This document shows, in pieces, positions 18,976-30,576 of a DNA stretch of 32,498 bases. Position numbers and translations under genes: made by a program. The notes under the pieces are model-generated. The model was given only the letters and a program-made list of their open reading frames with translations. It had not been told where the DNA came from and did not search any database. This stretch comes from Octopus bimaculoides (Eukaryota). Where the stretch lies: the NCBI RefSeq assembly GCF_001194135.2, contig NC_068981.1:122182788-122215285 (forward strand), written 5' to 3'. The first letter of the stretch is position 1. Every line of letters begins with the position of its first letter.

Positions 18976-21479
18976 TAAAAGATTTCAGTTAATCAACGTC
19001 TTAGATTTCCTTTGTCGTTATTTAACCCTGAATCAAACTGAATGATTGGAGCCATGCTCGGGTGTTATCTAACACTATTAATCTTCTCTGTATTTTGAGT
19101 AAATCGTATTCAATATCGCTATCTCCAATGCGTTCTACTTTTCAGGATCGATAGGATATGATTCCATTAGGATTTACTGTAATTTTCATTAGCTGGAGTA
19201 AATATGTAGGTCGCTCGCTAGCGAATTTGGTAACTTCACTAATTATTTTGGGAAGCATTTTTTGCTAGCAAAGACATATATGAATTTGTTTACAGATCTT
19301 GAAATTGTCAGCGTAAAAGGAAAATATACATTATTTTGTGAAGTTCAACAAAACGTGTTACTTCTGTTACGATGTAAGTTCTAATCCTAAGGCTGCAATT
19401 ATTAGTTAGATAGCAACATAGGAAATTTCATAAACAATTACTTATCTGAAAAACATTAAATAAACTATAAACTAAAATAAATATACACCATCATGTAGTA
19501 ATCATATGAAAAGAAAAAAGAAAAGCAAATATTATAAATACAGGGAAGTTGGCATAAAACTATAATAAAATTAAAGATATTATAGTAAAAGCAAATAGGG
19601 ATATCATAACTCTTTGGTCAGTAATCAGCAAAACTGGACACAGTGTAAACTTAAACGCAGAATTAGAAGTTTTGCAGAAATGGAAAGCTTAGAAATGAAA
19701 GTTGAATTACTAGTTATATCAACAGTATGGACACATGTATAGAACAAGCTGGCATCAACTGTACACTTCAATCAACAAAAAATTAATTACTACCGCCTTT
19801 ATACTTTTTTAGGAAAGCAGAATATAAGCGCATACATAATCAGTAATAAGTAATATCTAATTATAGACAGAAAATAAACACTATAATACGTAACACATTT
19901 GGTATGTAACAATGAACGATGTGGTTATGTATATTTGTCACAAGCCTGTCTGGACTGTGAAGAAGATCAAAGTGAATCACTCTTAATGTTATTATTAGAA
20001 GGAGATAACTAAAAATATGCGTCCCGAAATACATATATAAAAAAAAAATCCGGTTAAGTGTTCACCCTGTAATTTAGTAATTCTTTCAAGTTACAAGAAA
20101 AATTAAGTAGAAATTTCATGAAAGTGAACATTATAACTGTAATAATAGGAGCTCTCCCTCGGTAAAAATGAAAGAAAAAAAGGAAAATATAAAACTATAT
20201 TAAGGCTAACAATTTTTATACACAGCACTTACACACTAATATACATATAATTTTTACGTGAAAAATATTGACAGTGAGTTAGAATTTTTTGCTTTGACGC
20301 CTTCACTAGATTGAGGTATTTCAGGTTTACCACGCTTTAAATTTACTTTTCGGTTTCTCTGATCTGTGTAGTAATTCCTTTGTATAATGTGCTAAAAATA
20401 TGAATATTTTTGGAACATAAATGAATATCTCCTGGGAGAGTTTGATTCGTTAAGCGGAAATAATTTGTTAGTGGCGAGGAAAATGTTGTAGGCATAGGAG
20501 AGGAAGAGTAGAAAGGGTACACAACAAAAATGGAACTATCACATGCTAACAAAATATGGTATATAAGAATATAAAACAAATCCTAAACCCAAGAATACTT
20601 ACAAGAACAACAGAAACACGGTAATAACTTTATAATAAAGGTAATAAGATTTAAATGAAAAAAAAAAGATACAATAAACAAAAATGGGAATAAGTCAAGA
20701 ACTATAAAAAATAAAAGACTTTAAAGGGGTAAAGAGTATCTTCCGTGCAACAACATTGATACAATTTGATAGATTTCAGAGAGGAATGTTACAGAATGAA
20801 TCATTACGAAGAGTTTATCTAAGACAACAGCCACTACATTATATACGCAATGTATGTGTTATGTGTGGCCTCCTGCACAGCAGAATAATTAGCCTAGCTG
20901 CTGTAAAAGAAATGCTGCGGGTGGGTGGAAACCTGAACACGATAAGATCCTAATATCTGATTAAAATATATATCAAGGATACATATTAGAAATATTTAAT
21001 GAGGTATTGGTGTAGTCCAAGTAAACATATAATTAGCAAATCCTTATCCCAAAGAAAAAAAAAAGTTACTAATTCATAGTCATAATTCCTGCTCGATATG
21101 AAACATCGAATGGGATAATATTGAATATAGCAAATAAACTCAGGAAAATATAATTCAGATACCGAAGAACAGTAATGCTACTGCAAGGACTTAAAATGCA
21201 ATTACTAAAGCTTATATTTGCTTCCTATTCTCATAAACAGAAGGTCTGTCACTGCTGTGAGTGAGTACCTGCTGATAGTTTAGTACTGGCCGTCGTTGAT
21301 GTTGCTGTGTATAACGCTCAATATCTCCGTCGGTCGAGCATAGAAGAAAGGATATTTCAGATTTAGCTCTTGCAGTGAATATGCTGCAATAAAATATGGA
21401 AATAGTATTGCTAAATAATGCAAGGTTTATCTGCTAAGTCTTTTATACTAATGAATGTCTTTCACAGGCATTCGACCTG

Positions 21480-21950
21480 AATATTGGTGGAAAACAATAG
21501 TCACAAAGAAAGTGACCTTATTTATGTGTCTTTACTCAGACGATAGAGACACGTCCAGATTATGATGTTCACAACTTAGAGTTTAATGGAGACTGAATCC
21601 GTCGTCACACTTTTCTTCCTTCTCCGATAGAAAAAGAATTCCTCAAAGAGGACACTTTGTCTAATCATTTTTTCATCTACATTCTTCATACAACATTTTC
21701 TCGTGCGTGCTGTCCGGAAAAGTTACACCATGATGTATCTGGTTCCTCTTTATAATTTCTATAAGGGCTGATTTATGAAGTTGAAACATCAGATCCCTAT
21801 AAGGTTCTCGTTTGTGTAGCCGACCACTTGACATTATGATTATCGTGCAATAACCCTGTCCATTCACCTGGCAAAAAACCTGCCTGAACTCGATGTGGAT
21901 GACCTAATGCGGTGTTTTTATTTCCACTTTTTCAGACTAGCGAAATCCAG
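21480..21950 (-). mobile_element. Possible very decayed IS630-Tc1-mariner transposase relic (rosa/DD41D-like?)
   Basis: The patchy translation MTSGFR*SEKVEI..EFRQVF..IIKRNQIH..KNVDEKMIRQSVLFEEFFFY loosely follows an HTH to VLFSDE layout. No second or third catalytic motif was found. Confidence 0.3.
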
Positions 21951-22655
21951 ATGTCATCCCTCAGACATTTGAAATTATTCGAAGCGTTTCTCTCCTCTTC
22001 TATTGATTCACTATGTTCCAACATTCTTCAAAAGCACTGTCCTGTTATATGACGGGCATTAAATAATACCCCTTATAGGGGTAGTGAAGCCCATTAATCT
22101 GAAGGTTCTGCAATCGTTCCTACTCTTGTCCAAGATCATACGGAAATAGATACCTAAATATATTCGAAACAGTACTGCTATCCCTTTTCCTAATCGTCTG
22201 TCTTGTAGTTGTGGTGGATGAATGCGAGTGCATGTAAGAGTACGTCTCGAAAATCCTGGTCTTTTTTATAAGCTAAAAGACCTATAATCAATGACGTGAG
22301 ATTGTTCAGCAAGCAGCATTGGATCCAAGTTAATGTCTGGTCATGTACATCTATAAATCTAACTCTGATATCTGCCATGTTAGTCGGAGAACGGAATATC
22401 AGAGAGACACTTAGACTCATATTGTTGCATGCTTTCGAACTCTTAGCATTCTCGCTTCATATTATTTTTGTTCGTGATCTTTGTAAACTGACATTTTTGA
22501 GTAAGTGGTCTGTATTCTACGTACAACAGACAACATTTCAGTATTTTCCTTTGGTGCATACTTAAGTTAATACGGAAAACAAACATTACATAATGACGAA
22601 TATTTTGCGTTCGGAAGTGCGTTCGGATGCATCGTGCATTTTAAGAAATGTTGAA

Positions 22656-22830
22656 AATACTGGACTAAAAACAGAAAGTGAATTTCTAATTTCAGGTGTT
22701 CAAAATCAATAACCTAACCACTTGAAAATTACAAATACGAAAACAATGAAACTATAGACTCACTGCATACCATATAAACATCAAAAACGCCCACTTGGGC
22801 AAATCATTTCCGGTTGTCCGCTGCTTGCAT
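22656..22830 (+). mobile_element. Old RLE-type LINE fragment (zinc-knuckle region)
   Basis: One frame reads NTGLKTESEFLISGVQNQ*...(31 aa)...IISGCPLLA, matching the GLKxETEGxIxAxQDQ ... HIISGC motifs and their spacing. Confidence 0.55.
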
Positions 22831-23511
22831 AAAGCAGATTAAGATCACATATCATTATGATCACATAAATGTATTTCATTTAGCTAGAGAAATGCATATT
22901 TTACTTCAATAAATATCTCGATGTTTTTTAGCCAATATATCAAAGACCTGGAAATATAATTTAATAGTATGAAGATATAAATAATAACCATAATAAACAT
23001 GACACTAAAGTGGTGCGTGATCAAATATATCCTTGGGTGATTTTCTATACATTCTAAACAATTGCTTTACTAGGTACGATCCACATTTATATAAGTTACG
23101 GAAGTCATTAGGACAAATCTACCAACCAAACTTTGTACATTTGTTATTCATTTGTTACCAACGACCTAGCACTGGACGCGTCAATCGATATGTTAAACCA
23201 CCAGCTAAATTTCCTTAGAAAGCACTCTCTGCAAAATTAAAAATTGTTCTCGTTCTATAATGTAGTCACTGGTGCCTGTACCAGGTTCACTGATTATATG
23301 TCAAATACATTTGGTAATGGCTCTACACTATCAGAGCAAACGAGGAGCTATATAACAACAATACAGCTCATATGCCTGGGATTTTACATCTTCACTCAAA
23401 AAAATCTAACAAAGCACATAATTTACAAAATCTAAATGTGACAATTTAACCCAATCCACAAAGTACATGGTGAAGTAATTATCATCCCAAGTTATTATTA
23501 AAATGACATAT

Positions 23512-23754
23512 AAGGTGGTGAGTTGGCAGAATCGTTAGCACACTAGACGAAATGCTTAGCGGTATTTTGACCGGCGCTACGTCCTGAGCTCAAATTTCGT
23601 CGAAGGATGAGAAGGATGAGAAGCATAGTTGCTATGCTTCTCATCTTTCGGTGTCGATATATTAAATACCAGTGAAACACTGAATGTCGCTGTAATCGAC
23701 AAGACCCCTCCCCACCAAATTTCAGGCCGTGTGCCTTTAGTATAAAGGATCATT
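23512..23754 (+). mobile_element. SINE family B, full length, with internal inverted duplication
   Basis: AAGGTGGTGAGTTGGCAGAATCGTTAGC (A-box), GAGCTCAAATTTC (B-box region), TCGGTGTCGATATATTAAATACCAG, GTAATCGAC, CCCCTCCCC, tail AAAGGATCATT. Confidence 0.85.
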
Positions 23755-24562
23755 AAAAAGAGACATACTCAACAGAATCTATGTTCCATAAAATAACAGG
23801 AAAGATTAAACACTATTCAACAAGAAAGCCACAACAAAGCAACGTAGATGTAACAATATACCATAATACTCAGAGAAGATGACACACACATGTCAGGCGA
23901 TTTCTAGAGCGTCTGCTGTGAAGTAGAAGCTGTCATGCAAAGGTTAGCATCAAATAAGAGTAATAATAGTTATTCAGGAGAGAAATAAAATTGATAAAAC
24001 AAGTAATGATAATGAAACAACGATTACAGAATTAGATTTAGGAATAGTTAAGAATTAATGGTCTAGACAATGTACACCATGCACTAGCAGAAGGAAATAA
24101 GAACATATTAAGTAATAAGTCTACAGACGCATTCCATTAATACTTAAAATAGAGCGAAATAAAAAAGAAACAGCGTGATACGCATCAATATCTTTTGTGT
24201 CTTTAAAGAAGACAATGAATATTAAACAGCGGCTGAAATAACAAATATAAAGAGACAGAATAAACACGAAGATCATATATGAGAAACAATTACCTAACTG
24301 CAAACGGGATTACAAATGTGATAAGACTTTGGCAAGAAAAAAATCTCAAGTAAAATAACAGATAAGTTTGATCGAAAGTAAAAGAGATAAAGAAAAAAAT
24401 TCACTTAAATGGGAACTGCAGTATTGAATGCTGCATCTGAGAGATTTCTTATAGTACACAAGACCATAGTTTTCTCACTGCAAATTTCATAAAAACAAGA
24501 TTGAAATAAAGTGCAAGTGAAGATATCAGACAGTTATTTCGAGATGTTCACTCTTAGACTAG

Positions 24563-24573
24563 ACACACACGCG

Positions 24574-24614
<41 letters not shown>

Positions 24615-24691
24615 NNNNNNNNNNNNNNNNNNNNNNNNNNNNNNNNNNNNNNNNNNNNNNNNNNNNNNNNNNNNNNNNNNNNNNNNNNNNN

Positions 24692-24722
<31 letters not shown>
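24563..24722. repeat. (CA)n microsatellite around a gap
   Basis: Directly visible. Confidence 0.95.
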
Positions 24723-24782
24723 CACACTATATCTCTGCCATCTATCTATTGATCTTTCTCACATTGTCTCTATCTATTTATT

Positions 24783-24957
24783 TCTATCTCAATATCGAGT
24801 ATGTCATGGTATGAGATTAATTTTGCTTTTAGATTAGACACACCCACACAAATTCTCTCTCTACCATGCATCTATTATTTTTCTCTCTTTTTCGCTCACG
24901 TTCTCTCTCTATCTCTATCTCAATATCGAGTATGTCATGTTATGAGATGGATTTTGG
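24783..24957. repeat. Local direct duplication, period 131 bp
   Basis: TCTATCTCAATATCGAGTATGTCATG[G/T]TATGAGAT occurs at 24783 and 24914. Confidence 0.85.
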
Positions 24958-25084
24958 TTGACCATTTTCTCAAGAAATTAGGAAGATTTGTCCGAAGGTG
25001 TTACACAATAGTAAATCTACTGGAGAGATAGAACACAACCCCTTGGAACCGAATCCACATAATATGATGTCTAGTACAAAGAAT

Positions 25085-25170
25085 GTTCAAGCGTGAGGTT
25101 AAGAAGTATGCTTTCCAACCATGAGAATTTGAGTTCAGTCCCAATGCGCGACATCTTTGGCTAGTATATT
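25085..25170 (+). mobile_element. SINE family A, decayed head
   Basis: GAGGTTAAGAAGTATGCTTTCCAACCATGAGAATTTGAGTTCAGTCCCAATGCG resembles 5770-5830. Confidence 0.55.
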
Positions 25171-26214
25171 GTTTTATAAATTTTATTGGACTACCTCCAA
25201 ATAGATTTTGGGTTAGCGCATGAAAAGATTGCCTGAAGTCTTTACATAGCACATGTATACTACTTATCTTTCCATCACTAAACATTTCATAAAGTTTATA
25301 CATTTCCTAAAGTGTAACTGAATTTAAAACATGTGGGAAAAAAATTCATTCTATCTTCCAAACAACGAAATATACAGGAAAGTGCATTGATATTGAAATT
25401 AATATCCATAAGATATTTGAGATCACAATATTTCGTGTCATCCATACATAATATTCATTGTAGGTAGAGAAATCTTATGGACATGCATAATTAACATATA
25501 GTATCACAATACCATGGGTTTATGAAAGGGAACAATATGGCTTAGAACAAGAGGGACCGCGAAATATGACATATGTATTCATAAATTCTTGGGGAGTATA
25601 TGTAAATGAATTATTCAGACTTGTAACATATACAATGATTAATCTAATTGCTATACGAATGATAATATCATGACACTTTTGCAAATCTTGCAGTAATTAA
25701 AATACGAATATTTATACCCATACTTCTAGCACACATAAATTATTTCCCGGACGTTTACATGGTTAATTCGACACATATTAATCACTTACATTCTCAAAAT
25801 ATCGATCACCACCGTTGTAGTAGTGTTCATATATCAATGTTATAGGGTCGTGCATATTGCAAGATTTAATTTGATATGTAGTCTCTGCTTCAAGATATAG
25901 AACAATTTTATTTTAATTCGTTTACATATATTCCCGGGGAAGTCGTGACGTTACACGCATTTTTTCCTCATACCTATTGTTATGTTGCGCTTCGTTTCAT
26001 ATACCACAAGCACGTTACACCGTTTCACTATAAGTGAAATATCTAGTATTATATGATAACTCCCCTCCGCTAATGATTGTATAATGCGTGGCGTGACGCA
26101 TTCAGTAATATATGATTGAGTGTATCATACCTATATCTCTTACATTAACTATAAATATGTATTACAGTGTTACCGGTGTATATACATGTTTAGATGTATA
26201 GATATACGTACGCA

Positions 26215-26350
26215 CAGATGTATGTATGTATATGTATGCAAGAATTGATGCATGTACATATATATATGTAAATATATATATATATATATGTATGGATGTA
26301 TGGATGGATGGATGGATGGATGGATGGATGTATATATGTATGTATGTATA
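26215..26350. repeat. (TATG)/(AT)/(TGGA)n compound microsatellite
   Basis: Directly visible. Confidence 0.95.
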
Positions 26351-26398
26351 CTTGCAGATTTGTTTGTTTCGTTTTATATATGACTTCTTTTGCATATA

Positions 26399-27490
26399 TT
26401 AGGCCATCACAAAAACAATGAGGTCTTTTTAATCTGTTATTCTTCAAAATTAAGATGATATGTTTTTAAATCGAAAATATCCTCACCTTTATTTTCTACA
26501 GTACTTTTTCATCTATCTGGTAGAATTGCGAGACTCCCTTCCAAAATTCACTTGTCAGTGACGAAAAATATCCCCCCAGTACTGTTCTGACCTCGTCTAC
26601 AGAATTTGTATTTCTTCAGCTTTTGGAATGTCATCCTCGATCTATGTGGTCGAGCATTACCCTAATGCAAGAATACCTTTCGTCTTGAAACCAAAGATGG
26701 TCGATTTTCTTCTTGCGCTGACGTAAGCCGCTCAAACTACTCGCAGTAGATCTCCTTTGTTATCGTTTGGTTTGGGTGTAAATATTCGAAGTGGGCTAAA
26801 TCTTTCATATCTTATCAAGCAGATAACAACACCTTACGTGGGCGAAGATCTTCTTTAGACTGGGATGCCGGTGTATCTCCTTTCTCTACCTACTTTCTTC
26901 GGTACTTGACATCTTTATAGAGAACCAATTTCTTGTCACCAGTCCAAAATGGTTCATTCGAGAGACGTGGCAGCAAAGAAGACCACATATTCACTCTCTG
27001 AGAGCGATTAGACGCACGAACTTTGTGAGTAACCCATAAGACACAATTTGCTGATTTTTCCGATGGCTTGCAAGTATCGATGAATGGTTGAATGACCAAA
27101 TCTAAGCATCTCTGCTAGTTACTCAACAGTTACAATGGGTGTTTCTTCCAACAGGGTTTTTAGGACGTCCACTTTGAGCTCTACAGATCTTCCAGGACGA
27201 GGATCGTCCTCTAGGCTGCAGTTTCTGGACAGAATTTCTGGAACCACCGTTGACACTGGCGTACGCTTATTGTCCGATCCACATATACTGCATTAATATT
27301 CCTTTCACTTTCGATTGCGTTGTTGCCTTTATTGAAATCATAAGGCAAATTATGCCGAATATGCTCCTATGTTACTTACATTATAGCTTTGAAAAATAAC
27401 TGTTAAAATCGAGCTTCACTCTTCAAAACCTGCACTAAGAATAAGTACAACGTAAAATTACTACCGCTTTTGATAGGAAGTTGATTTCCC
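26399..27490 (-). mobile_element. mariner DNA transposon relic with internal deletion
   Basis: From the ATG at 27381: EHIRHNLPYDFNKG..SVRQCQRWFQKF..LEDDPRPGR..LAEML..STIHRYLQAIGK..WVTH (WVPH)..TGDKK (TGDEKW)..H*GNARPH (HDNARPH)..NSVDEV..LPDR*KSTVENKGEDIFD. TA followed by TTAGGCCATCACAAAAACAATGAGG is TIR-like at 26397-26423. The other TIR is not clearly found, so the 27490 end is approximate. Confidence 0.9.
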
Positions 27491-27639
27491 TAACCGTATA
27501 GTTTGTCTTCTCTATCCCAAATCATGTCTCTTGTGTTTATATTTCATTGAGGTTTTCACTGGGACATTCCATCATTACTTCTTTTAATCATGAGTGGATA
27601 TGGTTTCTACCATTCGTATATCTTTGTCTTCGGTGTCAT

Positions 27640-27995
27640 CCTTACATACATACTTACATATACATATATGCGTATGTATGTACATATATATATATATATA
27701 TACATTTATGTATATATGCATATATATATNNNNNNNNNNNNNNNNNNNNNNNNNNNNNNNNNNNNNNNNNNNNNNNNNNNNNNNNNNNNNNNNNNNNNNN
27801 NNNNNNNNNNNNNNNNNNNNNNNNNNNNNNNNNNNNNNNNNNNNNNNNNNNNNNNNNNNNNNNNNNNNNNNNNNNNNNNNNNNNNNNNNNNNNNNNNNNN
27901 NNNNNNNNNNNNNNNNNNNNNNNNNNNNNNNNNNNTATATATATATATATATTAAATATATGTGTGTGTTCGTGTGTGTGCGTCCTTGTGTGTCT
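27640..27995. repeat. (AT)/(ATAC)/(GT) microsatellites around a gap
   Basis: Directly visible. Confidence 0.9.
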
Positions 27996-27997
27996 AA

Positions 27998-29480
27998 GTG
28001 TGTCGTAGCTACAAAATTATGCCTCTTCGTAGATAATACCGTGACGTAACTATTTATGATGTAGGTGATAACTTTGGCGTTAGCTCCACAGAGCCTTATC
28101 GATTGTCACATTTTACTGATTTTCCTGCATCTCTGTCCCTTTTGTGCATTAAGCCTTTGGTTGATATTTCCTGTTCTTGGATTGCAAATGCATACCCTTC
28201 AAAGTGAGTGGTAGTAATCCGGCTTGCGGTCCACGATAGACTGCTTTGGTAATCAATGTTTCCTCGGAACTTTCTTCTAACATATCCATTCATTGTCTTC
28301 TGCTCGTATACGCTTATCCTCTCATCTGATGATATGCTGCGGTAGAGTTATACCAATTTGGGCATGTATTTAACGTTATCAGACAAGGAATTCTGCTCAA
28401 GGATTTATCTTCCAAATCTTATAATATTATCAGCCTCATATATAATTAAACTTGGTCAAATTATGCACTTCGACACTTGGTGGATAAAAGATATTGCCGA
28501 AACAATATAATAAGACATTCACAGATAGTTTGGATCGATATTAAGCCTCTGCCACCTGTTGACGTAAAAATCAAGTGTGCTTGTTACTGTCTTCTAGCTT
28601 TTCACATCAATGGCTCCAATTTCGACAAACATCCAATCAAGCAGCCCAAATATTGGTATGAGTACTGGCACTGCAAACATATTGTGGGCCACTGTTTTAG
28701 AGAATGTAGAGAGTTCCGAGGTCTAAATTTTCTTTATCCGGCTGTAATATTCGTTAATGACACATATTTTGTTACTAGTGCTGTTGATGTTTTCAGCCAC
28801 CCTTGGAACATTCCTGTAACATTCCTCATCAGATATAGGGGGATGTTGCTTGTCTAGTTTACAGCGCAGCCACTTGGCTGAAACACATAAATAAATAAAT
28901 AAATAAATAAATATACCGATATTCATCCTGACTAAACTCCAACCCTATATCCTTTTAGAGCGTTGTAACCAAGTCAAGGTTCTTTTTCATGTGTAGCATA
29001 TTTTTTGCATATAGTTTCAAGAAATCCACAAAGAAACAGTGTGTAATTTTGCTATTTCTGCTCCCTTGTGAACCAGTGAGATATCCTTCAGACTTCGTTA
29101 GCATGAATGACAAGGGGTTTAAAGAAAGTATCAACATCACAGAGAGACTTTTCCTTTGGAATATACCTCTGCGATACAGTATTCTGTCAGTGATAATACA
29201 GTTACTCTTTGTGTTTAATTTCAAGATTGAGGCCCACGATAGAGACAGGTCAGTTACAGCTTTGTCTATGTTCACTGGAGACTTTAGCAAGTTGAGGGAC
29301 TTCAAGCATCCATGAGTGAAGAACAAAGTCATAGACGTCCTTGTAGTCTAACCTTTTTGAAACTAGGTTCCTTCTGATATTACAGTTTTGTTTATTAACA
29401 ATTGCTTGGCACATCCCCAGATTCCTCTTCATTTTAAAAATATTTGTTGAGTTTCAATGAGATAACTTTCCATAAATTCT
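27998..29480 (-). mobile_element. RLE-type LINE (R4/Dong-like): RT, thumb and CCHC zinc-knuckle region, decayed
   Basis: Minus-strand motifs in the correct order: LDYKDVYDFVLHSWML (DYxKAFDSVPH); RRGIFQRKSLS (GIFQGDSLS); LSLNPLS; HCFFVDFLKLYAK (FxDDLKLY); DIGLEF; YYSRIKKI*TSELS; AHNMFAVPV; GRGL; HFEGYAFAIQEQEISTK; CDNR.RLCG..RHNFVA. Confidence 0.92.
28888..28913. repeat. (AAAT)n inside the LINE relic
   Basis: Directly visible. Confidence 0.9.
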
Positions 29481-29485
29481 CATAA

Positions 29486-29607
29486 TGTACAATATATATA
29501 TATTTATACATACATATATATATATATATACATATACATTTACACACATGTATATACATAAGCATACACACACATTATCTATATACATAAATGTATGTAG
29601 GAGTGTT

Positions 29608-29662
<55 letters not shown>

Positions 29663-30252
29663 NNNNNNNNNNNNNNNNNNNNNNNNNNNNNNNNNNNNNN
29701 NNNNNNNNNNNNNNNNNNNNNNNNNNNNNNNNNNNNNNNNNNNNNNNNNNNNNNNNNNNNNNNNNNNNNNNNNNNNNNNNNNNNNNNNNNNNNNNNNNNN
29801 NNNNNNNNNNNNNNNNNNNNNNNNNNNNNNNNNNNNNNNNNNNNNNNNNNNNNNNNNNNNNNNNNNNNNNNNNNNNNNNNNNNNNNNNNNNNNNNNNNNN
29901 NNNNNNNNNNNNNNNNNNNNNNNNNNNNNNNNNNNNNNNNNNNNNNNNNNNNNNNNNNNNNNNNNNNNNNNNNNNNNNNNNNNNNNNNNNNNNNNNNNNN
30001 NNNNNNNNNNNNNNNNNNNNNNNNNNNNNNNNNNNNNNNNNNNNNNNNNNNNNNNNNNNNNNNNNNNNNNNNNNNNNNNNNNNNNNNNNNNNNNNNNNNN
30101 NNNNNNNNNNNNNNNNNNNNNNNNNNNNNNNNNNNNNNNNNNNNNNNNNNNNNNNNNNNNNNNNNNNNNNNNNNNNNNNNNNNNNNNNNNNNNNNNNNNN
30201 NNNNNNNNNNNNNNNNNNNNNNNNNNNNNNNNNNNNNNNNNNNNNNNNNNNN

Positions 30253-30292
<40 letters not shown>

Positions 30293-30310
30293 TATGCGTA
30301 TATGTATGTG
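29486..30310. repeat. (AT)n-rich microsatellites flanking a 589-N gap
   Basis: Directly visible. Confidence 0.95.
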
Positions 30311-30468
30311 TGCTCCTTCACGTATGCACTCATGTGTATCAATAAGAAATTCGATTTACTTTCACATAGATGTAGTATACAAAATAGTGGAAGAAAATAT
30401 AATAACAATGACTAACTTGATTTTTATTATTTATCGTTGGTTATACCTTAGCGTACATTTCAATTTAG

Positions 30469-30576
30469 GTTGTTCAGTGCCTCATTGAATCATTGAACAT
30501 TGTGGTACTTAAAGGATATTCATCTGTTATGACGATTTATGGAAAAGAGTTCTGTATTTCTTTGTGGGATAACCGC
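30469..30576 (+). CDS. Candidate isolated 108-nt exon or exon relic with a Rho-GTPase switch-region-like motif
   Basis: CAATTTAG|VVQCLIESLNIVVLKGYSSVMTIYGKEFCISLWDNR|GTTAGT; phase 0-0. No partner exons were found. Confidence 0.2.

Noticed and set aside
22190-22420. 76-aa minus-strand ORF with a faint LINE-like IIGLLAY stretch
   Set aside because: Similarity is too weak, and it is opposite in orientation to the adjacent LINE fragment.
25930-26140. Sequence that feels like a known octopus dispersed repeat
   Set aside because: Single copy in the window with no TIR, TSD or ORF that I can show; recall alone is insufficient.
28477-29315. Plus-strand ORFs of 126 and 108 aa
   Set aside because: They are antisense shadows of the minus-strand LINE RT.
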